The notes under the pieces were generated by a model. It worked only from the letters and a program-made list of their open reading frames with translations, made no database searches and had not been told where the DNA came from. Below, piece after piece: positions 1 to 11,403 of a stretch of 64,000 nucleotides of DNA. A program made the position numbers and the translations under genes. Origin of the DNA: Massalongia carnosa (Eukaryota); the NCBI GenBank assembly GCA_965645245.1, contig OZ287069.1, positions 3,038,001 to 3,102,000 of the forward strand, written 5' to 3'. Position 1 is the stretch's first letter, and every line of letters begins with the position of its first letter.

Positions 1-33
1 TGCTTCAGACTAATGATACTAATAGCGTTTTAG

Positions 34-3000
34 GTGCTGCAAGCAATACTCAATTTAGATCCTTGCGTCCTAGCAAGTCGTACTCCGAAAAGCTCGGGGG
101 TAAAGTGAAAACCATTTTCCACGGAAAGCCACGCGAAGTGGAAGCGACTCTGGAGGGAAAAACGATCGACGACCTTTGCATCACGGGGATAGGCCAGTTT
201 TGGCTTCCCGATGCTGTTGCGGTATACAATCATATCAAGCTACCCACAGTCATAAGCGCGACGGCCACGTATTTATTGACAAGTAAGTCGCTATCTCATG
301 GGCATATTTTCTCGCTCAGCTAACGGCAACGAAGACCGTAGTGCTCCAGGGATTTTCCGCGTCAGCGGAGAAAGCAAGAACGTATCCAACCTGCGAGGTT
401 ATTATACCCTCCAGTATAAAAATGCTCAGAACATTCATAGGGCGTCGTCCTCTACAAAGCTCCCGGGCCACATTCCCTACGGGATTCATGATGTGGCTCA
501 TTTTTTCAAGCAGACTATTGGGGGCCTGTCGGGCGGTGTCCTGGGCTCACCCATTTTATTCAAAGTATTTTCAGCAATCAAAACAAGATTTCCACCAAAC
601 TCCCCAACTCAAGAAATCAACCAATGTCGGGTGAATCTTATTGCATTGACAATATGTGCGATTAAATCGCCAAATCAAAAAGCCCTAGTATATGGCTTTC
701 TGGGACTGGCGACTGCAATTGGCCTTGCCACTGAGAAAGCCCCTGTTAAGCATGAACTTATGGATTATAAGGCGCTTGGCACGGTCCTAGGGCCTTTGCT
801 CCAGGGAAAGAAAGCTTTTGACTTGGCCGTTTCGGTACCTCAAACGGCTGAAAATAGCTCCCAAAGACGCCCAAATAGTCAAACACCAGTTCAAAGTACA
901 GTCGGTGCAAGTCAAGGAATGGCTAGTGGTTTTGCGCATGCCAAACAGGCGGCTGAGGTTATGACGATGCTTATTAAAGACTGGCAGCAGGTGGTGCAGC
1001 AGATTCAACGCTTTGAAGGTGGAACGTATTACGATGGATCTAGGGGCGCCAGCGGGCAGGGTGTATCATTTGGGAGCCCTTCAGCAATACTAGAAATTCC
1101 TATGAATGATTTGAAAGTTGCACAGGTGGGCATGTCTTCAGATAGACATGCTCGGAGCAGAAGTCAGGACCGACTAGGAAGAAGTCTAAGCGACAGAAAC
1201 TATACATCGCAGGGCTCAAATTCATCCAAACTGCAAGTCTATCGTTCCCAACCCTCGGAAGAGCGCAACTTGGCGTCAATGAATCCAGTCTCCAGGACAC
1301 AAGAGGGCTCTGCTCGTCAATCCAATCATACTGGCTCCTTTCGTCCACAATCGAGACTTGAGTCTCCAGGTGAGCACAAAAGCCACCAACCTGCCAGGTC
1401 CGTCAGCGGGGTACAATCCCCAAGTTTAAACCTGGAATCGATGCCTGATAATCCAAAGCCGACGGACAGACCGGATATGGCCAAAGCCGCAGACATCCTA
1501 AAAGGACCTGACAGAGGCTCAAATGGTGACTTTTTTTGGATTCCAGACCGTCCGCTTACTGATAAGTCAAGGCCTAAGGTTCGTCATAGGCATGGGGTTG
1601 GCAGGCCTCCACGGTCTACATCCTCAATTCTACCTCCTGTTGCTCAAAACTTGGCTCTTCCGTTTGTTCCACTCGAAACAAGCAGTACCCAAAACCTAAC
1701 CCTTCGAGCTAGCGCCACGCAAGTGGCATGGAGTTCGAATACTATAGATTTGCCAACATTGCAATCTCAAGGGAGGTCAGATATCTTGCACACTCACGCG
1801 ACTGAAGATGAAGCTAATGACGATACGGATACTCAGGCAACGCTAGTCACTAACTCGATGGATGAGCTAGGTAACATTCGCTCCACAACATACCATACTG
1901 GTTTTCATCCTGAAACTTATGTTGATTGCATACATCCACCCAACTTCACTGCTAGTTATCTTACAACCGAATACGATCAAACCCTTTCATCAATCTACAA
2001 ATCTGCTCATCCTACTTCCGAGAACAAACCCTTTGGCGTACCAGGCTGCACCGTCGCTCATCTTATATCTGCAAACGAACCCTTGGAAACATCAATCTCC
2101 GCTGTTGCTAGTCCCATACTTAATAAAGAACCCCTTGGCACGTCAAGCTGTACTGTCTCTTATCCTGTATCTAAAACGGACCCGCCTGGCATCTCAAGCC
2201 CTACCTTTGTTCATCTCGCCATTAACATTGACTACCCAAAGACATCGGATAACGTCTCTAAATACTTCAAACCCGTACTCAAAGACATAACAAATAACAA
2301 ATCTGGAAACATTGCGCCGGACCACCAGGATCTTGATGACATCATGATGAGTAGTAATCGAAGAAGTAGCGTCAAAGACATAGCCCGACGCTTCAATGAA
2401 CTTTGGCGGCGTTCTCGAGATGGTGCAAGCACTTCTGTTAACTCCTCTTTGCCGCCTATTACTCTAAACCAAGCACGTGCAGCAGTAACAGCCGCAGAGC
2501 CTTCAAGTGGCCCAGCTGTAAGTAAACCTGCAACAGTCACCCGAATCCCAAGGCCGGCTGATCGTAGCCGTGACCGGAGAGATGAAAGGCGCTCACCATC
2601 TCCTATCAAGACAACTTCCCGTGCGCATGTCTATTTGCGCCCAAACATGCCAACTGCGCCGGAGCCCTCACCACAGGTTGGTTCCTTTCGCCCACCCTCG
2701 GCTCTGGCGTACTCCAATACACCCGAAATATCCATGTCGGGCAGGTCAGAGACGATGGGAGCCCCTTCGCTCATAACCCCAGGTCGAAGGGCCGCGCCAG
2801 ACCGTACCTTCTATGACGAGTTGTTTCGGGTCATGGTCCAGGCAGAGCTCAGCGTGTGGCCTCAAGTGAGTTCTCTTGAAGCAGCTGCCCTCCGATCGAC
2901 GACACCCAATGCAGCAGCTGCGCCCGCCACTCCCCCTCCTATCACGTACGCCGCCATTGTTAGGACCGCTCGGCGGTTCATGTGGGAAGTTGAGAGCAAT

Positions 3001-3225
3001 ATAGCCGCAGCCATGGACAGGGGCGATATAGCGATATTGTGGGACCAATTGAAGAGGAAGCGTTCGCAAGGATGCGTCTGGACGAGTTACGGCGCATATT
3101 TGGAACGTGGCCTGGTCGAAGGATTTGAGGGTACATATTTGCAGTCAAAGCCGCTGGATCCGGTGGAGTTGGAAGAGGCGGGTGTGGACGAGGACTGGGA
3201 GAAGGCTGATGATGCTTGGAAATGA
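34..3225 (+). CDS. RhoGAP-domain protein with long disordered S/P/R-rich tail (5' end lies outside the window)
   Basis: An intron 3' end (CTAAT...TAG, 31-33) precedes exon 34-282. Intron 283-334 (GTAAGT...GCTAAC...AAG) joins it in frame to ORF 298-3225, giving LPTVISATATYLLTN-RSAPGIFRVSG (arginine-finger motif) and then IHDVAHFFKQ..GVLG, the RhoGAP 'DVASLLK' helix. Confidence 0.75.
1969..2274 (+). repeat. Degenerate 51-bp (17-aa) coding tandem repeat, about 6 units
   Basis: Units start at 1969, 2020, 2071, 2122, 2173 and 2224: EYDQTLSSIYKSAHPTS / ENKPFGVPGCTVAHLIS / ANEPLETSISAVASPIL / NKEPLGTSSCTVSYPVS / KTDPPGISSPTFVHLAI / NIDYPKTS... Confidence 0.7.
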
Positions 3226-5195
3226 GCGGTGTTGGGCAGGCAAGTGTAGACTGCTGGGGCAATGGGTAGCGATGCATATGTTACTGATGGACGGGAAGAG
3301 AAGCATGGGTTTTCACGCGGAGGAGCAGCTCTGGGTGGAAAGGAGCCGTTTGGAGAAGGAGGTTGATCTTGGCAATCTTTAAGACGCCCCTGGCCTTGGT
3401 TCGTGTCTGGTAGGCCAAATTCCACTATCGCATCATTTTAGAGCCGCCGGCCACTCCCCTGTTTTATCCGGGATGATGCGTAACACTTGCCTAGGGGCGG
3501 GACCCTTATTTCTATGGGTTTTGGCTGCTTCTGTATCCGACTGGTCAGGGTGCTTGTAAGGCCGGTTTTATTTCATATTTTTAGTCAGTTTAGTTTTCTT
3601 AGCTTATCATTCATTGCAATCTATTTTTCTTTTTTAAATAAGGTGGAACGTGAGATAGTTGCGTGTAGAGAGCCGACGAAAGGAGTAATTGTAGGAGTCT
3701 CGGGTTTAATATAATTACGCTTGGGACTGGGGAAGGATGCGAGGGGCGGAAGATGATGGATTTGAGCAGGATTTCTCAGGATCGTGGCGAGGGAAAACCT
3801 TTCTTCTGGCCTCAACAGAACATGATTGGGGAAGAATGTTAACGGAGGGGTTGAGAAACTTAAGAAAAGAGAAGTAGAGAATTCATTGGTGTTGGGAGGT
3901 GAGGGTTGTCATGGTTATAGTGATGTTGCATTCTCAGAGACAGGTAGCTAAGATCACGCAAATAGTACACCTGTGTTGGGTATTAAAAGCAACACAGCAT
4001 AAACGGAGTAGAGAGGCATGACTTATCTTAATGACCTTGATAGTTGTCATGGGGGCCTGCTGGGTTAGAAACCTCTACGTGGTGCAGGCTATCAACATCT
4101 CCTCGAAGATGGCCAATAACTATCTGATCATCGCCAACGCGAAAGCTCACTTTGGTGGCCGTTTGAATGACCAACGTCTTTACTGATCATTCAGCACCTC
4201 GAAGACATACAAAGCTCATTCATTCGAAGTGGTCATACTTCTCAGGCGAAAGCCTTTCACAACATCGAAAGTTCTGTTCACAAAGACATCACGATCTGTT
4301 CTCGATCACGGCTCGTCTTTTCTTCATTGAATCCAAACATTGAGATTAGAGAGAACGTTCGTCGAAAGTGTGAAGATACCACTCTCTGATCCATCGAGTC
4401 TACAAGATTCCTAACTCTTGAGGATCTGGGTGTATGCACCGCGTGGTAGAAGAATTGTTTTCGAAGCGATTAATATGAAACTAGGGAGTGGTTTTACCCT
4501 GAAGATCAGGTTACCACTTTCTGACTGTTGGATATGTACATAACTAGCAATCACAGCGTCATATCCTTAGGATGCATACGCTTAATTAATCAATAAAAAA
4601 TAATATAAAAAATAATTTAAAAAAAGCTGTCGTGGGAATGATGTTGATTATGGTATCTGCCGAAACGAGGAGCTAACTTTTGTAATTTTACTAACGTTAC
4701 AGAGCAACTACACGCTGGCCGCTTGAATGGAAAAATCCCACAACCACCCGTGATCATCGACGAAAGCCTTGAACAACTAGCAACATGAAGTATAATCTCG
4801 CAAAAAGCTTTTTGCAAAACCGTGCCCCTTGCTTAAAACTATCGAGATGTCGTTCAGCGAAATGATAGTCGAACGAGCGCGACAGTAACCTTGCGTATTT
4901 CACTTTGCATGGGGAATTGATTTGAGGTGTCTTTAGCCTGCATCGTCACGGCTCTGTATTCTGCATCGATAGGTATGCGGCTATGTGGTTTGTCAAGTTC
5001 TGGGTTATAGCCTTATGGTAAAAAGAGCATGACATGGTGCACTGGGGCGGGAGAGAGAGATGGGATTTGCGTGGTTATTGCAGCACGGCGCCGGGTTTGT
5101 AATATTTCGATCTTTTCCTTATGGACGAGAACAAGATTCACTAGATTTTTACGTTTCCTTCAATTCCACCTAGCATCAAAAATGATCACCTAGTC

Positions 5196-5392
5196 GCTTC
5201 TAGAAATGCTAGAGCTTGTCGTCTCCACCTTCCAGGGCGAGCAAGTGTGGACAGAGAAGCAAGATTGAACAACAGTCTCATTGAATTCTATGGAAAGAGA
5301 TGGCGCTCCTTCAGTGCCCTGCTCGGCTCTTAACTGAGCTCGACGTCTGGTGTCAATGTCTACCGGATAGAGGGGTGCTGAAGGGAACAAAC
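5196..5392 (+). ncRNA. Candidate structured ncRNA (H/ACA-snoRNA-like architecture)
   Basis: A 5' hairpin (GCTTCT/AGAAGC lower stem, internal loop, upper stem) and a 3' stem (CCTTCAGTGCCCT/GGGGTGCTGAAGG, G-U pairs on + strand) followed by ACA-NNN at 5387-5392. Folded by eye only. Confidence 0.35.
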
Positions 5393-5547
5393 ATGGCTAT
5401 CGCAATGGTTCGCATGGGGATCGGGGAGAACAAGTGGAGTGGGACTTGGATGATACATGCTTCTGCGCAATCGGATTTGGAAAGCTATCTCACTTGTTTG
5501 GTCTTATCATCCCCGAGCCTGTTGTCAGTTTAGTTTTCTTCCATTAT

Positions 5548-6407
5548 TCAAGTGTTCTTCCATACGCTATCCGCATCTATATCCCAAGTTAGTATTTCGT
5601 GCATGTTTCAAATTTCTCTTGATTCTACTTACCTGTATGTGTCTCCGGCTCAGGGATATACGCCCTCTTCTCCTTCTTCCTTCTACTATCAGTCCTAAAT
5701 CGTTCATCCCTCTCCGCCAGCAGTTCCTTCAATCCTGGACACTGTTCCTCCCCCGTAAAACTCATCATCAGCTGCGGCGGCCCAAGAGGTAGCTTATCCC
5801 CACGATCCACCTGCCAGAAATGATATGTTTTCCCATAAAAACCAATCACCTCCTCCATCTCCTTCGTTTCCGCCTCTTCCCAGATCCCGGTCTGAAGTCC
5901 ATCAGGCCCAGGCATTATCAGCATCCCACTCTTGACCTCAAATACGTGGCTATGCCAAAGCTTTCGCTCCTCAGCACCAAGCGTCTTGAAGAGGGCGGCG
6001 CTGATCATATATTCGACGCCGATCAACCGGGCATTGGGCTCGAGACTGTCGTAAATGAGGCATTGGCGGACATCTTCCAAGATGAGCTTGTGGTTAGTGG
6101 GATGCAGGTGGTTTGGGGAGTGAACAGAAGAGACTGAGTCTACCTTCGTTGAGGTGGGCGCAGTAGTGGTTTGCCTCAACACAGCGGCTGGTTTCCGAGG
6201 CATAGACGTGAAAGGCGTTAAGATGCGCACATATTTGCTTCAAAGGGTCGAATTTCTAACTGCGCGTTTAGCATTGGAGATGCAAAATAGCGATATGCAT
6301 AAAACAAGGGATACCTGCGCTAATGCAGCACCTGTTTCAAGGACTCTGCTCTTGGTAGAAAGAGGCTCTCCGAGAGCTCCATTAGTTACTTGATCTACGC
6401 TAGACAT
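5548..6407 (-). CDS. DUF1264 / oil-body-associated protein (OBAP) family, 4 exons
   Basis: ATG at 6407 ([27 protein letters not shown]). Exon 2 reads [31 protein letters not shown]; exon 3 reads [44 protein letters not shown]; the last exon is DADSVWKNT*. Confidence 0.88.
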
Positions 6408-6616
6408 CCTTTACGAGACGAGTTGAATTAGTATGAAGAAGCCGTTTCAATATCCAGGAGTTTCTGCAATTTGCTTCGGTTTGGCAAAACACACCTGAAC
6501 AATATAAAGGTGGGGCTGAAGATAGGCAATGATGGAGAATTTTTATGAGTGATTAACGAGAGTAACACGGCGAAGCCAGTAAAGTGACCGGATGAAGCTT
6601 TGCAGAAAGAGCAGGT

Positions 6617-6624
6617 TGACGTCA
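6617..6624. promoter_or_regulatory. Perfect CRE (TGACGTCA) about 210 bp upstream of the DUF1264 start
   Basis: Palindromic ATF/CREB site, with a second near-site TGACGTA at 6670-6676. Confidence 0.4.
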
Positions 6625-6816
6625 TGAACCGGCAGTCAATTTTTGATGATCACAGATGTTTCTATATGATGACGTATATTTCGATATGGGAATCCTAACT
6701 TTACAGTATTGGAGATATCACTGTTTACTTTTCTCCCTAACGCCCTGACCGGCGGAATCAATTCATGGCCAGGGATTGTCTTGGGTACATTCATAGCATT
6801 GAAACATCACGAAGTA

Positions 6817-8148
6817 TCACATATTGTTCTTCATCTCCCGCAACTTGCCCATAACATCCACCGGTGCTGTTTTGCCAGTTGCTTTTTGTACAGCAGGATC
6901 CTTTTCAAAATTAGCAAGAAACATGCTATACCTACGACAAAGCTCAAGGCTTACCTCCAACCTCATAAAAGCGTTATATTTCTATCGAGAATTAGCGCCA
7001 TTGGGTGCCAGGCGATTCATGTTAGCGTTACCTTTTCATCTCCTATGGTGAATTTGCCCTGTGTCTCTCGATTGTTTTCCGCGAATGACTCCAGGTTCTT
7101 GACTGCATCGTTCTGCAGAATGGTGGTGAGGAATCTGACATTTGATTTTGTATACTCATGGCCCGGCTGGTCTAATCAGTACTTCTTCAATCGTTACGAT
7201 GTAAGAACTCTTACATAGACCTTGGTATCATCGGGCAATGCCGCCAGCGTCTCATTGAGGGCTTTATGCATTTCCTCGGCGGTTCCTTCAAAGAAACGCC
7301 CACATCCTTCTCTCGATCAGTCATCCCAGACACTACAGAAATAGAGTTTCTAACCTCCAATGAATAATGTATCCCCAGTGAATACTACCCTGTCGGTTTC
7401 ATCTTCCATCAGCCAGCAAATGCTATCTTGAGTATGACACGGAGTATGAAGTGCTTTTACCGAGATATTTCTCCCAATCTTGAAAGTCTCGTTATGCTTG
7501 GGTGTTCGTGTTACAGCTTCGCATTGACTTCCCCCTACAACTGGAAGGCCCGGGAATTGGGACAGCTATTTTTAAGTCAGCCGAGTTATGGATAGGATCG
7601 GACAGCATCTGTACAATCTCGGAATTTCCACCTGCATGATCCCCATGACTTCACTCCCTCTTAGTTTTCCAACGTACATTTGTATAAGATTGGTGGTCTT
7701 ACTGATGGGTGTTTATGATGGCTGTTAAGTTAATCTTCCCCGAATTAATTTGCTCCTTTAAGACTGGGGTAACTCTATATGGCGCGTTAAATCATCATGA
7801 TTAAGGCATAAGCTTGAAGGTATCATACTCTGGAGGATTGGCAGGATCGATGATTACGGCGTCTTTGGACCTGTCATCTACAACGAGATAGGCATAATTA
7901 TTGCCCGTCCCGGTCCCTTGTAAAAAAATATGAGTAAGTCAAAGAACAGTAACTGAAATAGGTGCTATGTTCTACTCACACATCGGAATTGATTGAATGT
8001 GCATTGCGCGCGTTCGAGTGAGCTAGAGCTTTAGTAAGTAAAGTCATACTGTAAGTTCAAGATCAACTAATGGTCTGCGTACAGCTGTAGCTAATGCTCT
8101 TAATGATACCGTCAAGGAACTGCTTCTTGTCCACCTTGACAAGTTCAT
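6817..8148 (-). CDS. GLO2: Hydroxyacylglutathione hydrolase (glyoxalase II); core ATG 8004, upstream presequence ATG 8148
   Basis: Splicing 7 introns from ATG 8004 gives [73 protein letters not shown], with the glyoxalase II metal motifs. The ORF track misses this gene. Confidence 0.93.
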
Positions 8149-8365
8149 CGGAGCCCAAATGCAGGACTGACGATCGATTTAGAGCATTGATGTTTCAGCC
8201 GCTGGATGACATGTATCTTCAACGGCTGAAGTATCCAATCACAAAAAAGGGTTGCACCGTGGAGTTCTGAGTTACCCGCCCGCATCACCCCCGCACTGGT
8301 TCATCGTGGGTTGAATCGACAATGATCGCAGGTTTAGAAATCTATACCTTGAATCCAATACAAAA

Positions 8366-10265
8366 ATGTCTGGTAGGTTTTTAAGTTTTCTAGCTAACGT
8401 TGTACCGGCTAATACTATATCCTTATTTGATCTTCAGCCAAGCACTTCGTTGACGATCCTACAAATGCTGTACTTTCATCGTTGCACTCTCTTACTTTGA
8501 CGAACCCTTCCCTACTTTTCGATGAGACCAACAAAACTGTCTACCGCCACCCTTCCTCAATATCCTCAACCCACAAAGTCTCAGTGGTCTCCGGGGGCGG
8601 CTCTGGCCATGAACCTGGTTTCTCCGCGCTCGTTGGTGATGGACTCCTCACCGCATGTGTCTGTGGCACGATATTCGCCTCGCCGAGTGCGGAGCAGGTC
8701 CGGAAGTGCTTGTTGCATAGATTGCCACCTAATTCGCAGGGTACGTTAGTGATTGCAGCCAACTACACGGGAGACGTTTTGAGTTTTGGTGTGGCCATCG
8801 AAAAGGCGCGGGCATTGGGGAAAAAGGTAGCTATGGTGGTTGTAGCGGACGACGTTGGTGTCGGTCGGGCCAAAAGTGGAAAAGTTGGCAGAAGGGGCTT
8901 GGCAGGAACGGCACTGGCCATAAAGATCTGTGGTGCTCTGGCAGGGGCCGGGGTGGATCTCGAGGAGTGCGTAAGGATAGGGAGGCTAGTGGGGGACAAT
9001 TTAGTTAGCCTAGGTGCAAGCTTGAGTCGAGTTCATGTCCCTGGTAGAGCGGCGAAGGAGGCAAAGAAGGAAGAGGAGAGATTGGGACTTGGATTTGTCG
9101 AAATTGGTATGGGTGTTCACAACGAGCCAGGATGCGGGAAAATAAAAACAGATTTGCCAGGCTTGGTGCGAAATATGTTAGCGCAAATGCTCGATAATGA
9201 TGACGAAGACAGGGCGTATGTGAAAGTAAAAAGTTCAGATCAGACGGTCCTACTAGTGAATAACTTTGGGGGCTTGAGTAATTTGGAGCTTGGCGCTATC
9301 GCTACCGAAGTCCATGGCCGGCTGGTAAACTATTATGGCATCAAACCGCAAAGAGTCATCGCTGGGACTATTTACGGAAGTTTGAATGGACTTGGTTTTG
9401 GTCTCACGCTCTTGCGGATTGCAGACACAGGCCTTGGACCTGGGAAATCGATTTTGGAACTAATTGACGCTCCCACCGAAGCAACTGGATGGCCGGCGAA
9501 TATCAAAAGTGAGACCTGGGGAAAACACTTCGCGGCGGTAGAGGTAGAGGTAGAAGGAGAAAAGAATCCAACCAAATCAAGCAATTTGAGAAGTATGATT
9601 TCCTAAAAGCGCGAGAAAATAACAATTCATAAGCTGATGATAGAGCAGTTGACCCAAAGATACTAGAAAAAGCCATGAGATCTGGGCTATTACGGGTAAT
9701 TGCCGCAGAGAGTGAAATTACCAGATTCGACAGTGTCGTTGGTGACGGTGATTGTGGAATCGGATTGAAAAGAGGCGCAAACGCAATTTTGAATATGCTT
9801 GATCATGGCAATGTGCCCGAAGACGCAATTTTGGCTCTCGGGAAAATTGTTCAGCTTGTCGAAACTAACATGGATGGGACTTCTGGGGCGCTGTATGCAA
9901 TATTCTTAAATTCGCTCGCGCACAACATGCAGAGTCAAGATACTTCTTTCCCAATACCGGTTACGCCACGAATGTGGGCAAAAGCTCTAGGGCTTTCTAT
10001 TGATGCGCTAGGCAAGTATACACCTGCCCAGCCAGGCGATCGAACCTTGATGGATGCCTTACATCCTTTCGTATCAGTTTTCCAAGAGACCAGTAACATA
10101 CATCAAGCGGCAAATGCAGCTAAGAAGGGCGCAGATGAAACAAAAGGTATGAAAGCGAGTTTAGGAAGGTCTGTCTATGTCGGCGGCGCTGGCTACGAGG
10201 AGGTGCCAGATCCAGGAGCATATGGGCTCAGCGAATTTCTGATTGGAATAGCCAATGGGCTGTAA
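8366..10265 (+). CDS. DAK1: Dihydroxyacetone kinase (DAK1 + DAK2 domains), 3 exons
   Basis: ATG TCT G | intron 8373-8437 | MSAKHF...; motifs SGGGSGHEP, GRRGLAG, GMGVHNEPG; intron about 9593-9648; then VGDGDCG, MDGTSGALY, GDRTLMDAL and VPDPGA. Confidence 0.95.
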
Positions 10266-10365
10266 CTAGATATTCCGAGGCTCAAGGAAGATAAAATAGC
10301 ACGCTTTATGGCATTGGCCACTAGTGCTGCATCTCGGTTGGGACTCATCTTCACGAGCTCGGGGG

Positions 10366-10956
10366 TTAACTCAATAAAACCAAAATGACAGAATCCCCTC
10401 GTAGAAACCTGCCACATAATAATCAGCCATCGATAGTCTCATAAAAGACATTTTCCTTATAATGATACTGACATCTTGCTGATGAACCTGTCCTTGTTGA
10501 CTGGCCTGCCCTTCTTGCCCCCCGTAGTCCTTGGAATCTCTGTCCACATTTCCTTTACATTTTCTAGCACCATATTACAGTGCCGATCAAATGCCTTGAC
10601 TCTTGCTAGCAGTTTCCGATTATTGCGACACGATATCAGGACTTGGGTATGCGAACGAACGGCGGTCTGGAGGATAGATAAAGGTCCGGAGGTGAACTCA
10701 TGCTCCTCAAGTAATGACACTTCATACTCGCTATAAAAGGTTTAGCATCACAAATAATCAAGGCTATTGCAATAAAATAGGTAAATTGATCAATGAGGGC
10801 TTATGCTGTACACATAGAAGCCTTATTCAAGGGTTAACATACGTGAGATCTGTTCTAGGCTTGTTGAGAAGATCCCTGGTTCGGGGTTAATTAGCGTATT
10901 ACAAAGATATCAGATGATAGCGGATGAGTCACTAACTGAATTTTTGCGTCTGCCAT
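10366..10956 (-). CDS. SMD2: Spliceosomal Sm protein D2, 4 exons
   Basis: [67 protein letters not shown]. Confidence 0.95.
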
Positions 10957-11403
10957 GTTGGGGTATAAAGATCGAGGGATTCCCACATTGGAGTTGTGAG
11001 AACTTCAGACTCTCGGAGCATTTTCACGCTAGCGAAAGGTTATCTAATATGCTAGCTGACTCAGCGAACAATCAACCCACGCCATCTGTATTGCGCGTGT
11101 CTGTCTGTTCAAGGCGCGACAATTCAATTAGGTACAAAATACTTCGCGACTTTTCAAACGTATTGATTGGAAGAGTTACGCATGTGTTGTAGATGAACTC
11201 AGCAAATGACGCTGCTATTCAATCATCCGATTCATTCTCTCATCAGTTTCTTATCTACATTTACATCCTTTCGTTGACCCCAAGTTCCTTGCAAACTTGT
11301 CTCCCATCTGTGGTTGAAGTGACCATGCTTGGAGCCTTGGATTAGGACTGACACCGCACAAGATTTGCGCATTGATACCAGTGTTCTTACTATTTCGATC
11401 AAA

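Noticed and set aside
4080..4540. Coding-like degenerate stretch, with GSGFTLKIRLPL in one frame
   Set aside because: Stops in all frames and no assignable family; it may be an old relic.
5251..5259. ACAGAGAAG, U6 box-like
   Set aside because: The rest of U6 is absent.
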